Assembly (NCBI RefSeq): GCF_025526975.1 | Contig: NW_026515669.1 | Span: 1,736,001-1,800,000 of the forward strand | Direction of reading: 5' to 3' | DNA: 64,000 nt | DNA from: Fimicolochytrium jonesii | Taxonomy: Eukaryota | Shown: piece by piece, positions 37,901 through 49,956 of the stretch | Layout: the number at the start of each line of letters is the position of its first letter | Numbering within the stretch: position 1 is the first letter of the stretch | Position numbers and translations under genes: made by a program | Notes under the pieces: model-generated | Told to the model about the DNA's origin: nothing | The model's input: the letters and a program-made list of their open reading frames with translations, nothing else | The model's database searches: none

Positions 37901-39729
37901 ATTCTGACGCCTATGCACTTCTACAGAGCCAACTAGCGGTCTCGACTCCTTCACTTCTCATAACCTCATTCTGAAACTGAAAGAAATTGCAACATCTGGC
38001 AGGACTATCATTTGCAGTATCCATCAGGTAAGGGGCTTTCCTCCTCACATCGCGGCTACATCTCTATGAAAGATTAGAGCCCTAAAGCTGCTCTCATCAC
38101 GATCAGCCTCGGTCTGATATCGTAAAAGAATTCGACTCAGTCTTGCTGTTAGCATCCGGCGGCCGAACAGTGTACTCCGGCGCCGCAAAAGATATGCTCC
38201 CCTACTTTGCCAGCTTAAACCACCCAGCGCCCCGTCTCACCAACCCCGCCGACTTTGCCCTTGACCTGTCCTCCATCGACTTGCGCAACCCCACCGCCGA
38301 AGAAGCATCCCGTGCACGTCTGACCCAGTTGGTCGCTTCCTGGCGTACGATGCTACAGCCCAGATCACCCAGCGACGAACCGCTGAATTACAAGCCCCCC
38401 GCACCGCCCCGGACACGAAGCGCGCATGAAGGCGGTCCGGAATCCTCCGAGAATGCACAGGGTAGCACAGTGGACATTGCGTCGCTCGCTTATCGCAGCC
38501 CGGCCGTCTTCGCGACCGCTCTGTCGGTTTTGGTGAGGAGGAGTATGAGAAATATGATGCGCCAGGTGAACTTGGCGAGCGCTAGGATCATGCAGGTCGT
38601 CGCCCTGGCTGTCATCTTTGCTTTGTACGTATTCAAGGATCGCACGCTTGGTTGGGGGTAAGGCTTCGATCCTGATTTGCATTTGTTAGGTACTTTGCCG
38701 GACTTGGCAAGAATCAAGCCTCCGTGCAATCACGGTTTGGTATCTTGGTAAGCCCACCTCAATCAAGTCCTTACCGTCTAACGCGATGGAACTTGATCGC
38801 TAAGTGTCAACCCTACCCACTGGTTGCTCCATCAGCAACAACAAGGTTCCCTCATCTTTGTAGGAATGCTGAACTGCATCGCCGTCTTCCCGCAAGAACT
38901 CAGCCTCATGCGGTTCGAGTACCGCGATAACGTCTACAGCGTGGCCTCGTTCTTTGTCAGCTACTGTGTCAACGAGTTCCCTTTCGGTAAGTTTCAATCC
39001 ATAGGCCCGCACTCTGTATTCGAATCACAAGATGTCTCACTCTCGTCTACGAACCCTGAACAGAACTCGTAAGTGCACTGCTGTACGCCATCATCATCAT
39101 GTTTGCCGTAGGCCTGCAAGCGTCCGTCAGCAATTTCTTCACTTTGGCATACATTGCGTTTTGTTTCATCAATACTGGGGAGAGTCTTGGAATCGCCTTT
39201 TGCGCTTTGGTAGGTTCTTCATCGGTTCTGCTTGTGGACAGGCTCCCGTCTGACCTGGCCGTACCGCTAACTTCTTTCGTGAAATAGGTCGACAGCATCG
39301 GATTCAGTGTCCAGGCCATGAGCACTGTGCTCTCGCTGGAAGTCATGATGGCGGGTTTCCTCAGCGTCAAGATGCCGAAGATCCTGGAGGGCTTGAACTA
39401 CTTGTTCATCACGCGTTTTGTGGCTCGCATCGTCGCTGTTCAGGTTCGCATCGGCGTTTTGCCCTATCCACAAACGGTGTCACTGCTTCTATCTTCTTTT
39501 CTAACAACCCCATTTTCTCTAGGAGTTCACAGGTCTTCATTTCGACTGCTCACCCGCCGAGACCGCCTCCGGGACCTGCGTGTTTCAAACAGGCGACGAC
39601 GCCCTCCGTCTCCTCGACTTCGACACGAGCCACAGCCAGTGGGTGCTGAACATGGTGATGGTGGCGGTCTTGACTGTGGTGTTCCGAGTAGTGGCGTATG
39701 GAGTGCTTTGGGCTCGGACCAAGAACTGA
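34904..39729 (+). CDS. Full-size ABCG transporter, (NBD-TMD)x2, YOL075C-like
   Basis: NBD1 has GGSGSGKTT, CSGGEKRR and FLDEPTTGLD. NBD2 has GASGAGKSS, LSGGEKRR and IIDEPTSGLD. Two ABC2-type membrane domains are present. Confidence 0.93.
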
Positions 39730-40081
39730 GGATAAAGAACAGTACTGTTGGACTTCGAGGGACCTTTGGAACATTGAAAGAAATGGACGGCGTTTTGATG
39801 TACTTCTTCTTTTACATATGCACTTCTTCTCTGTGATATATAGTCGGTCGGAATACATTTCCCATTCTATGCTCTTCACACACCTGCAGGTCCGTTTTGC
39901 CCTCTCAGCAGCACCGCGCACTGCCTAAGCCCTTCTTATTGCCGATCTGGACAAATGTTCCTTGAATTTTAAGGGGCAACAGTGACGAGCCCCCGTTCGG
40001 GTGAGACCTGCTCACTGAGCAGGGAGCAGGAAGCCGGAATGGGGAAAAGCTAGTAGATTTGATGAATGGGGACCGGGTGTG

Positions 40082-40576
40082 TTAAGCCTGTAGGGAGCGA
40101 CGATTGTGCTTCATGCTAGGCACATGGCTTCCCCTTGTCGTTGCACTTGTAGCAAGTGCTTCCTCATAGTACTGGCAAGTCTGTGTTTCCTTTGGGATTG
40201 TGACCCCGACATCCCAGTACTGAGTCTGCACTCCGCCGCACTTGCTACAATTGGGATTGCCGTCCCGGACGACTGATTCCCCCATTTTGTCGAGAACAAT
40301 CTTCCCGCCGCATTTCGCGTCTGTATCTGTGTTGCCCCTGCATACGGTGCACTTCTTCGTTTGCGCCTGGTGCTGCTGGAGAGTCTGTTCGGAGCGGAAG
40401 ACTTTATTGCAGTCGCTGCTGTAGTAGCGGTAGTGCGTCGCTTCATTGATGCCGCACACAGGCCGCCTCAGTGCTGAATACGGTTGGAACTCGCTTTTGT
40501 GAGGAGAATGCAGATGCAGGTCCGTTTGTCGCAAGGGACTGGCCCAATAAACCGACCAGGCCGTGTGACCGCACAT
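40082..40576 (-). CDS. Small Cys-rich putative zinc-binding protein (possibly degenerate)
   Basis: 164-aa ORF with YYSSDCNKVFRSEQTLQQHQAQTKKC (finger-like, first Cys replaced by Ser), CTVC and CSKC. Confidence 0.4.
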   Translation of the reverse strand: MCGHTAWSVYWASPLRQTDLHLHSPHKSEFQPYSALRRPVCGINEATHYRYYSSDCNKVFRSEQTLQQHQAQTKKCTVCRGNTDTDAKCGGKIVLDKMGESVVRDGNPNCSKCGGVQTQYWDVGVTIPKETQTCQYYEEALATSATTRGSHVPSMKHNRRSLQA

Positions 40577-40855
40577 GACCGTCGTTTAAACTCCCGGCGC
40601 GCGTGTCATTGCACTCGGAGCGCCAAATGAGGCTGACGATGAGATGCCCGCCAATGAGCATAGTGACCCGAGGAGCGCCTGCAATTTAGAGCCGCCCCCG
40701 CCCCGCAACTTTGAACTGAGGCTTTCTGGCAAAAGATATCCCCCAGCGCTCACTGTACACCCTACCTCTGCATATATACAGTACACATACACATACCCGG
40801 GCACTCTTCGCTGCCTGTACAAACTCCAAACGTTCAGATCAATTCAGAAGCAAAG

Positions 40856-41497
40856 ATGGCTGACCAACCCCTCCCCTTGCCGGGCAATCGCACCATCCTC
40901 ATCGGTAAGTTCTCGCGTTGAGAACAGCTGCCGACTGCAACTCATCTCGAAACTAATCTCCAACCCCCATCCCCCAGGAATCGACAGCATAACCAAACAC
41001 GGCCTGCAATCCTCCCCCGTCCTCTCCTGGGCCCTGCGCCAATTCCTTGTGCCCGGCGACAGCATCGTAGTAGTGCACGCGTCCAAATCCCTCGAAACGT
41101 CCATCTCCACCGGGTTCACCAACACCATGTCGCCCGAGCTGCTCAAGTCCCTCGAGAAGGATGTCGAGACCACCGTCCGCGAGATGGCAAGGAGCGCGTT
41201 CGGGTTTGAGAAGGGGCAGCTGTTCAAGGTTCGGGCGCATGTGGTGAAAGGCGACCCGAGGGAGACGATCAAGGGGCTGGCGAATGAGGATAATGCGACC
41301 GCGGTTATTGTGGGGAGGAGGGGGAGTGTTGGGGCTGTCAAGAGGTGCGTTGTTGTATTGAATACATTTTGCGTGTGGTTTTCGTTTTCATGTGCTAATC
41401 GTCGTATGATACATCAAACAGGGCACTGCTCGGAAGCGTATCGGACTACCTCGCCCGCGAGCTTCAATCCACCGTCATCATCGTCAAGGGTGATTGA
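40856..41497 (+). CDS. Universal stress protein (UspA family)
   Basis: RTILIGIDS, GDSIVVVHA, VVKGDPRETI and AVIVGRRGSVGAVKRALLGSVSDYLARELQSTVIIVK across two introns. Confidence 0.9.
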
Positions 41498-41790
41498 AAG
41501 AATCACATGAGAAGCAAAATATGCCAACAATTCATGTTGAGCATCAACGTCGGTTTTTGGGTGGACTTGGTTCGCAAGTCACGCATACATTCACGCAAGC
41601 ACGGAGAATTAATTCATCGATGAGGGAAAGAGAAAGGGGGGCAAGGCATGCAGCGTCTTTCAATGAAGGCGCTTTCTGTATCATACACATTTGATCAAAA
41701 ATCCGAGTTCTATGAACATCACTCGCAGCTTCGGCAAATGCCAAATACGCCGCATGCACGATATTCTCCTATATACCCCCGTGTCTATGT

Positions 41791-44700
41791 TTACGTGATA
41801 GAAGAATCCAGCAACCCATACTTATTCATATACTGCAACGTAGCAAAACTCCATCCAGTGGCGTTGTACGTCGTATCCGAGACCGTTTTGTCCATGTGTT
41901 CACCATTCCGTTTGCCCACATCCGCATCCCCGTCATATGCCCCACCCTCCATCAGGTCCCCTCCATTTCCCGCCGACCGGAAAACCCTCCCATCGCTCCA
42001 CCCCTCCCCATCCTCCCCCTGCCTATCTCCCTCCGGAATAACAATAAAGCTCTGCTCAGGATTCAAAGCCAGCTTAGCGATGATATCCGCAGTCTCGGCA
42101 TCTCCATCCGCAATCTTACACCCCCGCCCGATGTCCTGCGATAGTTCTGGAGGAGACGCGCGGTGTAGTGAAGCATCAGCCATCGACCCGTCTGAGTCCT
42201 CCAGTGGCGTGTCGAGCGCGTCGACGACCGTCTGAAGTAAATGGGCTGTGCGTCCCTCCGGCAGCGGCTGTTTCACAGTAGCCGGCCCCGGATCGTTCTC
42301 AATCCCGTCTTCCCCAACATCCCCCTCGACAACCGCAAACGAGACATCTGCCCCATCTCGCACCGTCTTCTCATCTTCCTCCACCCCATCCCCATCACCA
42401 TCACCACCCTCACCACCCCGCTCAACAACCGAGAACACCGGCCGGTAATTCGCCCCATCGTCCACCGGCAGATGGTACGTCCGTTCCAGCACCGTCCTGT
42501 TCACGCGTTTCATGAGGGATTCGAGGTCTGTTGTTTCTAGCGTGTTGTGTGTCTGTAGGGGTAGTGGCGCTCTGGGAGGGGAGGGCTCATTTGGGGTGAA
42601 GAGGGTGGTGTTGGTTGCGACGGAGCGGTGGGTTGTGGTCGCGTGGGCGGGCGGTGGGTAAGATGGGGGGAAGCAGGGGAGTGGGAAGGGGAGGTTGAGT
42701 TGTGGTGAGGTGTTGGTAGTGGAGGCGGTGAGGTGGGCTTTTAGGGCGTTTAGTTGGTGTTGGAGGAGGTCTAGGTAAGTCGCTTGTATGTGGTCGTGAG
42801 TGGGTGCCTGGCTGGGTTGGAGACGGGATGTTGGGCTCGAGCGGGCCTTGTCGTCTGTCGGATTACGCTCTGGCTCGGGATTCGAAGAGTTGGTGTCGTT
42901 TCGCTTTTGGGTGGAGATTGGTGCGTCTCGGTCCGGCGTGGGTGTATGGGCGGGGCCAGAGATGTCCATGCTGTGCGCTTCGTCATGCACTGACTTCGGG
43001 ATCTCAGTATCAAGTCGTTCCGCAATGTCAACGGCCCCCATCTTTTCCCCAGAGCCTGTCGTTGAAGGTGATCTGGATGGGAGAGCCATTCGTCCGTCGT
43101 CAGACAGTAGCTCCACTCTTCAACACGACAATTCGCCTCACCAACTGAATAACTTACCTTTCTTGAGGTTCCGAAGACGTATCCACCACCGGCACCACTT
43201 CCATCGTCACGCCCTTCTTCACAACCCTTTCCCACATCCCTGCCCCCTCCCCAACCCCTCCCCCCTCCCCAACCCCTCCCTCCTCCTCAACCCCTCCCTC
43301 CTCCTCAACCCGCCCACGAAACCGCGCAAACCCCAACTCCACCCCTCCCTCCACCTCACCACCCCCGCCATCCCCGACTCCCTGCTCAATAATATAATCG
43401 CAGTCGTAATACTCCACCCTCGCCGCTCGCCCTCCATCACCATTGATGACAAGAACAAGCATCTTGTCCCGCCCGGTATCCAGCTTGGTGTAGCCGTGTT
43501 GATCGAGGATGAATCGAATGCATGCGTTGTGGAGTTTCGCGTCTCGCATGTCGTCTACGTCTCTTATCCATCTGCAAGATTTGCGTATCAACACGTACTG
43601 TTCACAGGGATGGTGAACCCGGGCAGGAGACTTACATTCCGACTAACGGGGCGGATAAGGCGAATGGATCGTCCAGGGATATGGGCAGGACCTGACGGGC
43701 TCGGTCGATAGCGATGAACCTGTGCAAGATATCAGCGCGCCCGCGGCGTTGCATATGGCTACGGTAAAGGGGTTGGTACATACCCGAGCTCGAAATCGGA
43801 CTTTGCAGCGCCGTGCGACATGAGATGTGATGTCAACGGGCAGGATACGAGCGGTAATGGAGGGATGCGGGTTAGAGTCAATGTGATTGTTGGTACTATG
43901 GATCGATCTGTTACGAAGGCTTTTAGGCGGTTTGTTTTGCGGTAAGAATGCAATCAAGAAAGGTGATTACATTCGATGTTGGCAAAATTGTACTCTGTGT
44001 CAAACTCAATTTCCGTCCACATTGGACATAAGCCTGGTCCGGGATGCAGATCCGATACGAGGGGCTCACGGAGGTACTATAGAAGGTCTCATTGAGCAGA
44101 CCGGACCTAAGGATGAAGAAAATGCACAAGACTCACCTTCATTAGCTTTCGCTTCCAGAACGCCTCAACATCGTTCGTGAGGTCATGGGCAGTATTCGTT
44201 CTAGCTACCTGGCCAAAGATCGTCAGTATTTTGAGAAGTTGCCATGACACAATCGATGAAAACAGTTTACCTACTATCAAAACTACATCCCCCGATGTTA
44301 CAAACGTAGGTTCCATGCCCTCAGCGGCAGTTCCGCTCCTCCGCCCCGGATCAAAGCGGTCCAGCACGAGGAAACTGCCGCTTCGTCTAATACTCTGCTT
44401 CTCGGAAGATCTCTCACGCTTGGACACGAATCGCCCAATAAGATATCCCAGAAACATCACGTTTCGAGAGGGTGGGTCCCGCCGATGCAGGGCGTCTCGC
44501 ATTGCGCGACAGGCTGTGGGCATCAGTTGTACTTGGGTTGGTTGGACATGATCGGGGCAGACGTGGGTTTTTGGGCCGATGGGGGTACTGTCCCTGCATG
44601 CAGAGGTAAGTGTGATAGTTCGGAGGGTACTACTATCGCCGTGACGTACCAGGAAAAGTACTTTGCAGCCGCGGGCGGTTCATACTGGTATGCCGTCTTC

Positions 44701-45053
44701 TGCTTCCGCTCATAAACGGGCGCACAATTTGAGCCTCCATTGTCCCCCTCGCAGTAGTTCCTAGGCACGGCCCTCTGCGGTTCTTTCCCTAAGATGACAT
44801 TCTCCTTCGTGTGAGAACTCAACCGTGGTTCCGCATCCCTCGCGTTCGGTGGTTGAGCCACTTCCTTATCCTTCCGCGTGGACGCCCCAACAACCCGTCT
44901 CCGGCCCCTTCCCACCGTCCACGACGTGGTAGATGCATGCGCAAGTCTGATGTTTGTGGCGCGGTCGTACAGGTCGGTGGTGATGGGACCTAGATTTCCT
45001 GGACCGGACTGTGCGCCAAGCGGTGTGAGCGGGCCTCCCCTTGGATTTCTCAT
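41791..45053 (-). CDS. STIL: STIL/Ana2/SAS-5-like centriole assembly protein
   Basis: The spliced model gives YFSWDSTPIG, LVLDRFDPGR, RIPPLPLVSCPLTSHL, GFIAIDRARQVLPISLDDPFALSAPLVGIW, NACIRFIL and VEYYDC (STIL N-terminal domain). It also has a short coiled coil (TYLDLLQHQLNALKAHL) and a C-terminal WSFATLQYMNKYGLL (STAN motif). Confidence 0.85.
43243..43310. repeat. About four degenerate 18-bp pyrimidine/purine tandem units in a STIL exon (VEEEGG/VGEGGG)
   Basis: cccctccccaacccctcc and ccctcctcctcaacccct units read directly. Confidence 0.75.
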
Positions 45054-45424
45054 TTGCTGAAAGATGGGTACGGAGCTTGAGGAGGGTAGTTGGGGGGCGG
45101 GTAGCGTGTGCCATGTGCTTCATACGTCCTCCCATGCACCCAAAAAAGAGACTGCGGAAACAGGCGACTTTCGGACATGGTTGAATTGGTTGGAGAGCGA
45201 GAGCGCAGTAAGCATGCGAGTACCTCAAAGGTCATGCTTGGCTTGCTCACACACCCCATATATACTGTACAGTACCTCACTCTCCCCACATGCATGTGCA
45301 ATATGTGCAATGTGCCTGCAGCCATGGAAGGGATTCAGGACAGCGTCGATACGGGCAGATCGAGATACTCCTTGCTGTGACGAAAGGACCGCCTGAGTCA
45401 TGCGCTGTTAGGATGATGCAAGTC

Positions 45425-45451
45425 TCTCGCGCCTCTTTCGCGTGAACGCGT
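45425..45451. promoter_or_regulatory. Cluster of CGCG-core cell-cycle-type motifs in the STIL/DNAAF2 divergent promoter
   Basis: TCTCGCGC at 45425-45432, TTTCGCG at 45436-45442 (SCB/E2F-like) and ACGCGT at 45446-45451 (MCB). Confidence 0.45.
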
Positions 45452-45766
45452 CAGGGTCTCCTTTCCCTTTAACGCTTTAACCCGTCGGCCGAACTGCATA
45501 TTGCGGATTCACTCCGACGTTGAGCCTTGCCCCACCCCATACGCTTGATCGTATACTGATATACCCGCTACAGCTGCTGCACCACCTTCGATAATCACTT
45601 CCGCCACACAAACGAACTGTCTAACTGCATACAAAGCGACCGAACCTCGTCAGCCTCGTATCCGCAACCTCCGCTATAAGAAAACTCTCGTGAGCCGTCT
45701 AAGAAGAAACAGAAAGAACCGCACCTCTTTTTCCCATTTCGGAATCCCCACATCCCCTCGTTCATC

Positions 45767-48099
45767 ATGGCTACCGCTCAGGATCGCAAGGAGAAGCTTG
45801 ATATCTCGCCTGCGGTGAGTGTTACGCGAAGGCGGCGCCAAGTGCTGGAGGGAGTCTGGAGGCTTGAATAAAACGCCCCGAGATGCACCGCGGAAGATAA
45901 ACACCCTTTCATTGTAACCTCACCTCTCATCCTCCAACTCTCTATTCCGCGCAGGAATTCGAGAAAATCCAAGAATCCCTCAAAAACAAAGAGTTTCGCG
46001 ACCTGTTCATGGACTATGTCAACGAGATATCTGACCCTGCTAACCGTGAGGTACTTGTTGATCCCTTGCACCATGCTCCAGGAAAGCCGCTATACCGCTC
46101 TTCAATATTTAATTCGTCCTCCAACCCACCCCCGGACAGCTCTACGAAGCCGAACTAACCCAACTCGAATCCGAACGGGGCAACAACGTCCGCTTCATCA
46201 CCCCCACACCCGGCCACGTCCTCAAAACCCGCTTCCTCACCGGCGCCCCCGCCCCCCCTGCGGGATCCACATCCACTGTGGAGAGGACAGATAAGGTGTT
46301 TATCAACATGTGCACTTCGAAGGAGATCCAGCAGGCGTTTGCGGAGCGGAAGGCGAAGGGTGGGGTGAAGGGTGGGAACGGTAATGGTAATGGGAATGGG
46401 AGTGGGGGAAAGAAGGGACAGCATTGGAAGATTCCGCATAGTATTAATAAGGGGAGGGAGGATTTTGATCATGGTAAGGTGTTGCGCGCGTGGGTTAGCG
46501 CCGCATCGTATCATAAGCCGCTTACTGATGTTTACCGTCCGTTATCGACACAGCCGGAAAAGTATGCACAGTCTATGACTGCATCTTCCACCCCGTCACC
46601 TACGCACAGGGCGTCAAGAGCTCGGCTTTCCAGGCGATGCTGGCCGCGACCGCCATCGAAGGCGTCGAGCGCGAGTTTGGCGTCAAGTTGGATCGACGTA
46701 CGTTCTATATACTTTGGCTGTTGTTCCTCATCCGTACCCGGGCCTGCAAATCATGAAATCTCACCTCATCGTTCTTCTCTCTCGCAGGCTACAAAACCCC
46801 CCGTATGTCCTTCAAAGGCCGCCCCATCTCCACGGTCATCCGCACCGCCGCCGACGGAGGAGCTGCTGCGTCTACACCTACCGACCAGAAGACATCACTC
46901 CCCTCGCTAGCAGCGTTGACGAATATCGCGGGACAGACGCTCGCGCCACCACCTGCGCCGGGAACAGTCCAGGCACCTGCTGCGGAGGCGGCCTCGGAAC
47001 CGTATGGCGGGTTAAGGGAGACGGGGAGTACAACGCGGGCTGGGGTTGAGGCGTTGACTACAGCCACCGCGGAGGTAGATCAGCCAAAAGGGAGCGACGC
47101 ACATGATACCGAAAAGGGACAGCCGTCAGCCATTACGCCAAGTTACACCATAACCCACCGCGCAACACGCAACGATTACCAAACCTACACCACCGAGCGG
47201 GTCGTGAGACGGCATACGGGGCGGCCGGACGCGTTAATTGTTCGGGTTGGGTTGCCTGGTGTGGTGTGTACTCCATTCCTTTCAACCTCCTTTTCTCTAG
47301 TATCGTTTCAGTGACCATATCTAACCACCCCCACCCCTGCTGTTCCCCCCAGACATCCTCTACCCAAATCCACCTCTCGCCAACCCCCACAACCTTCACC
47401 CTCCAAGCCACGGCCTCTGGGCGCCCCGCAAAGCAATACACACTCAGCGTACCGTTACCGTTCCCGATCAACCCCGATAGCGGGACGGCGGTGCTTGACC
47501 GTGGGAGGGAGGAGTTGGTGGTTACGTTGGGGGTGCAGGAGAAGGATGTGGTTGTGCCGGAGGAGGTTGAGGGGTTTGGAGGGGCTGTTGAGGAGGTGGG
47601 TGATGGGGAGGAGAACGATGATATACATGGGGAGGAGGTTGGAGATGCTGGGCAGGACGCGAAAACAGCGGAAGGGCTGGGAGAGCCCTCTGACGAAACA
47701 CACACCAGCGGCCCGACGTCGCGTATAGAAGCACTGCCATCCCCCTCCCCTTTGGAGTCGGAGGCCGTACCCGATGTCGCACCTTCCGACCTCCCTCCCG
47801 CCATCGACCCCATTCCCATACCCGCCCTTCTCACCACGCCCGCAGATCCTCACCCGGACCCCCGCCCGCAGCCCGCACCCACAGACCTCCTCCCATCCGA
47901 AAGCGAGGACGAATCAGAACCCGACGGCTGGGTCCGCGTTCAACCCTCCACAGACACAAACACCGATACCAGTGTGGAAAGCGGCGATGCAGGGACCGAG
48001 GGTGGTGGAGACGCAACCAGCAAAGTGGAAGTAGCGGTTGACGATGACGCCGTGCTGGTGACGTTGACGAATCGGCTTATGTTTGAGTTGGATGAGTGA
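45767..48099 (+). CDS. DNAAF2: Dynein axonemal assembly factor 2 (kintoun/PF13, PIH1 family)
   Basis: KIQESLKNKEFRDLFMDYVNEISDPANRELYEAELTQLESERGNNVRFITPTPGHVLKT, KVFINMC, WKIPHS and VYDCIFHP. It also has a CS-like region (RPDALIVRVGLPGV...PFPINPD) and a C-terminal LTNRLMFELD. Confidence 0.92.
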
Positions 48100-48418
48100 A
48101 TTGGGGTCGCGGTGGGGAGTGATGGACTAGACTGTTTTGAGACGCAATGGGATGTGATTAGACGCTTTTTGGGGGGTTTGGGGTGTGAATGTGGAGTCGG
48201 CTTTCTTGGGTATGAGAAGTGGATGACATCGTCGATGAATGAAACATGCCATCTTTGCGCGGACACACAAGCAGCCAATAATCGGCTTCCATAACGATGT
48301 CATTTAAAGATAACTCTATGCAAAAATAAAGAGCCGCGGCGATGGTCAAAAATCACATCTCCACTGATGTCCTGGGTCTCGGCGTCTGCGAGTAAGACAT
48401 CATGATCTTCATGTCAGT

Positions 48419-49234
48419 TTAGCGAGGTAAACCGTGCAGAGAGGCCGTGATGAGCTCTATGATGTGGTTGTTGAGGTAGTGATGTTGTAGTTGGTCGACG
48501 GTGAGGTATTTTGCGCCTTGGATGCGTTTTAGGCACTGTTGTGGACGTGAGATGAACGAATGACTGGTCAGCACTGGCTCACAAGCTTGCGAGGGAAGGT
48601 GTTCCCGCGCTCCCTCAGTCTCCGTCCTGTGAGTGCAGCGCCTTCGCTCGCATATCCCGCAGTCTCGGAATCCCTCGCTTAGCGCATCCGGCTGGCCGAC
48701 GGCTCATTTCCCTCTCTCCCCGCTCGCAAAGTCTCGCCCCCCAACCCAACCCTTCCGCTCAATGCTTACCTTCTCACTCCCACACCAACAATCAAACGCC
48801 TGATCCATATCCCACTCCGAACTCGGATAGAAAAACGTCAACTCCTCCCCCTCCCGCACCTCCCTCACAACCCTAACCTCCTTCTTCACCGTATCAATCA
48901 CACAACTGGGGTCACACGAGTGGTTCAAGTACACCAGATTCGAGTTCAACTCAATGTGCTCGGTCGTCGAGATCTGCACGGTCGTGTAGGATGGTTTGGG
49001 GACCGGGGTCATGGTGTCGGCGAAGGAGAGGAGGACGGTGTTGGGTGTGAAGTGGGTTGTGGCGGTCATTTTGGATTGGAAGTTGGGGGAGGAATGGACC
49101 AGGAAGAGGTGGGGGTGGGTGGAGAAGGTTTTGGTGGACGCCGCGGGGGAGGTGGGCGAGCCGTTGGTGGTGGTGGTGGATGCATTGGTGCCGCTGCCGG
49201 TGGCGACCGAGTTGGTTTCTACGTGTTCGACCAT
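48419..49234 (-). CDS. Small stand-alone SET-domain protein with post-SET cysteines
   Basis: YLNHSCDPSC, GEELTFFYPSSEWDM and FDCWCGSEK|CLKRIQGAKYL, with one intron at about 48535-48769. Confidence 0.88.
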
Positions 49235-49360
49235 GATGGTGGGTTTATTGGATGGTTCACTTTTTGTGGTGTTGCTGGGTGGTGGGATGCGGGATTGGAC
49301 GTGAGACGCTGAGCGGGATGGAAGAGAACCTGAGCGGGGGCCAAGCGATCTCCTAAATAG

Positions 49361-49368
49361 CTTTTATA
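49361..49368 (-). promoter_or_regulatory. Putative TATA box (TATAAAAG) of the SET gene
   Basis: Consensus match about 127 bp upstream of the ATG at 49234. Confidence 0.45.
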
Positions 49369-49956
49369 CGAAATGCGACGAAGGTCCCAGGGTCTCTTGC
49401 AAAAAGCGAAGTGTGCTCAGCCATCTCCGTCCATCTCCCGAGCGAGGCCCCCTCCGAACACCTCGAACCCCCACTCCGCCCAGAAACTTCTCAGTTCCCG
49501 CGGTTGCGCCCTTTTTCTTTGGCCCCTTGATGGAGAACGCGCGTTTGCCGACGCGTTTTCTCAACTTCTTTCTTAAGGATTTTCGTCATATTGTCTTGGA
49601 TCCCTCATGCTCGCACCATCACATGCCAACCGACCACAAAAGACTGCGCATTCGGGCATGTCCCGCCCCCGGAACCGACCACGAAAACAACCCAGACAGT
49701 TTTCCGTTAGTAGAAGATGGCAAGGCAAAAGGCAAGTCAATTGATGCAAGCAGCGACATAGATCGTCTTCTGATTACAAAAACTTCAGGTATTTACATGA
49801 CATGTACAAATGGCTCTACCGCACACTTTATTGCTATCTACAAACTATATCTGGTACTCCTTTCACCAAAATATGCCAGCAGGCAGTGTGCCAACTTTGC
49901 TATGGTGCGTGGCTCGGTATGTGCTGATGGAGTGTGCGTGTAATCTAATCATTCCT

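Noticed and set aside
34904..39729. ABCG as a PDR-type drug pump
   Set aside because: Both NBDs have a canonical Walker A lysine and SGGE signatures, without the degenerate PDR motifs.
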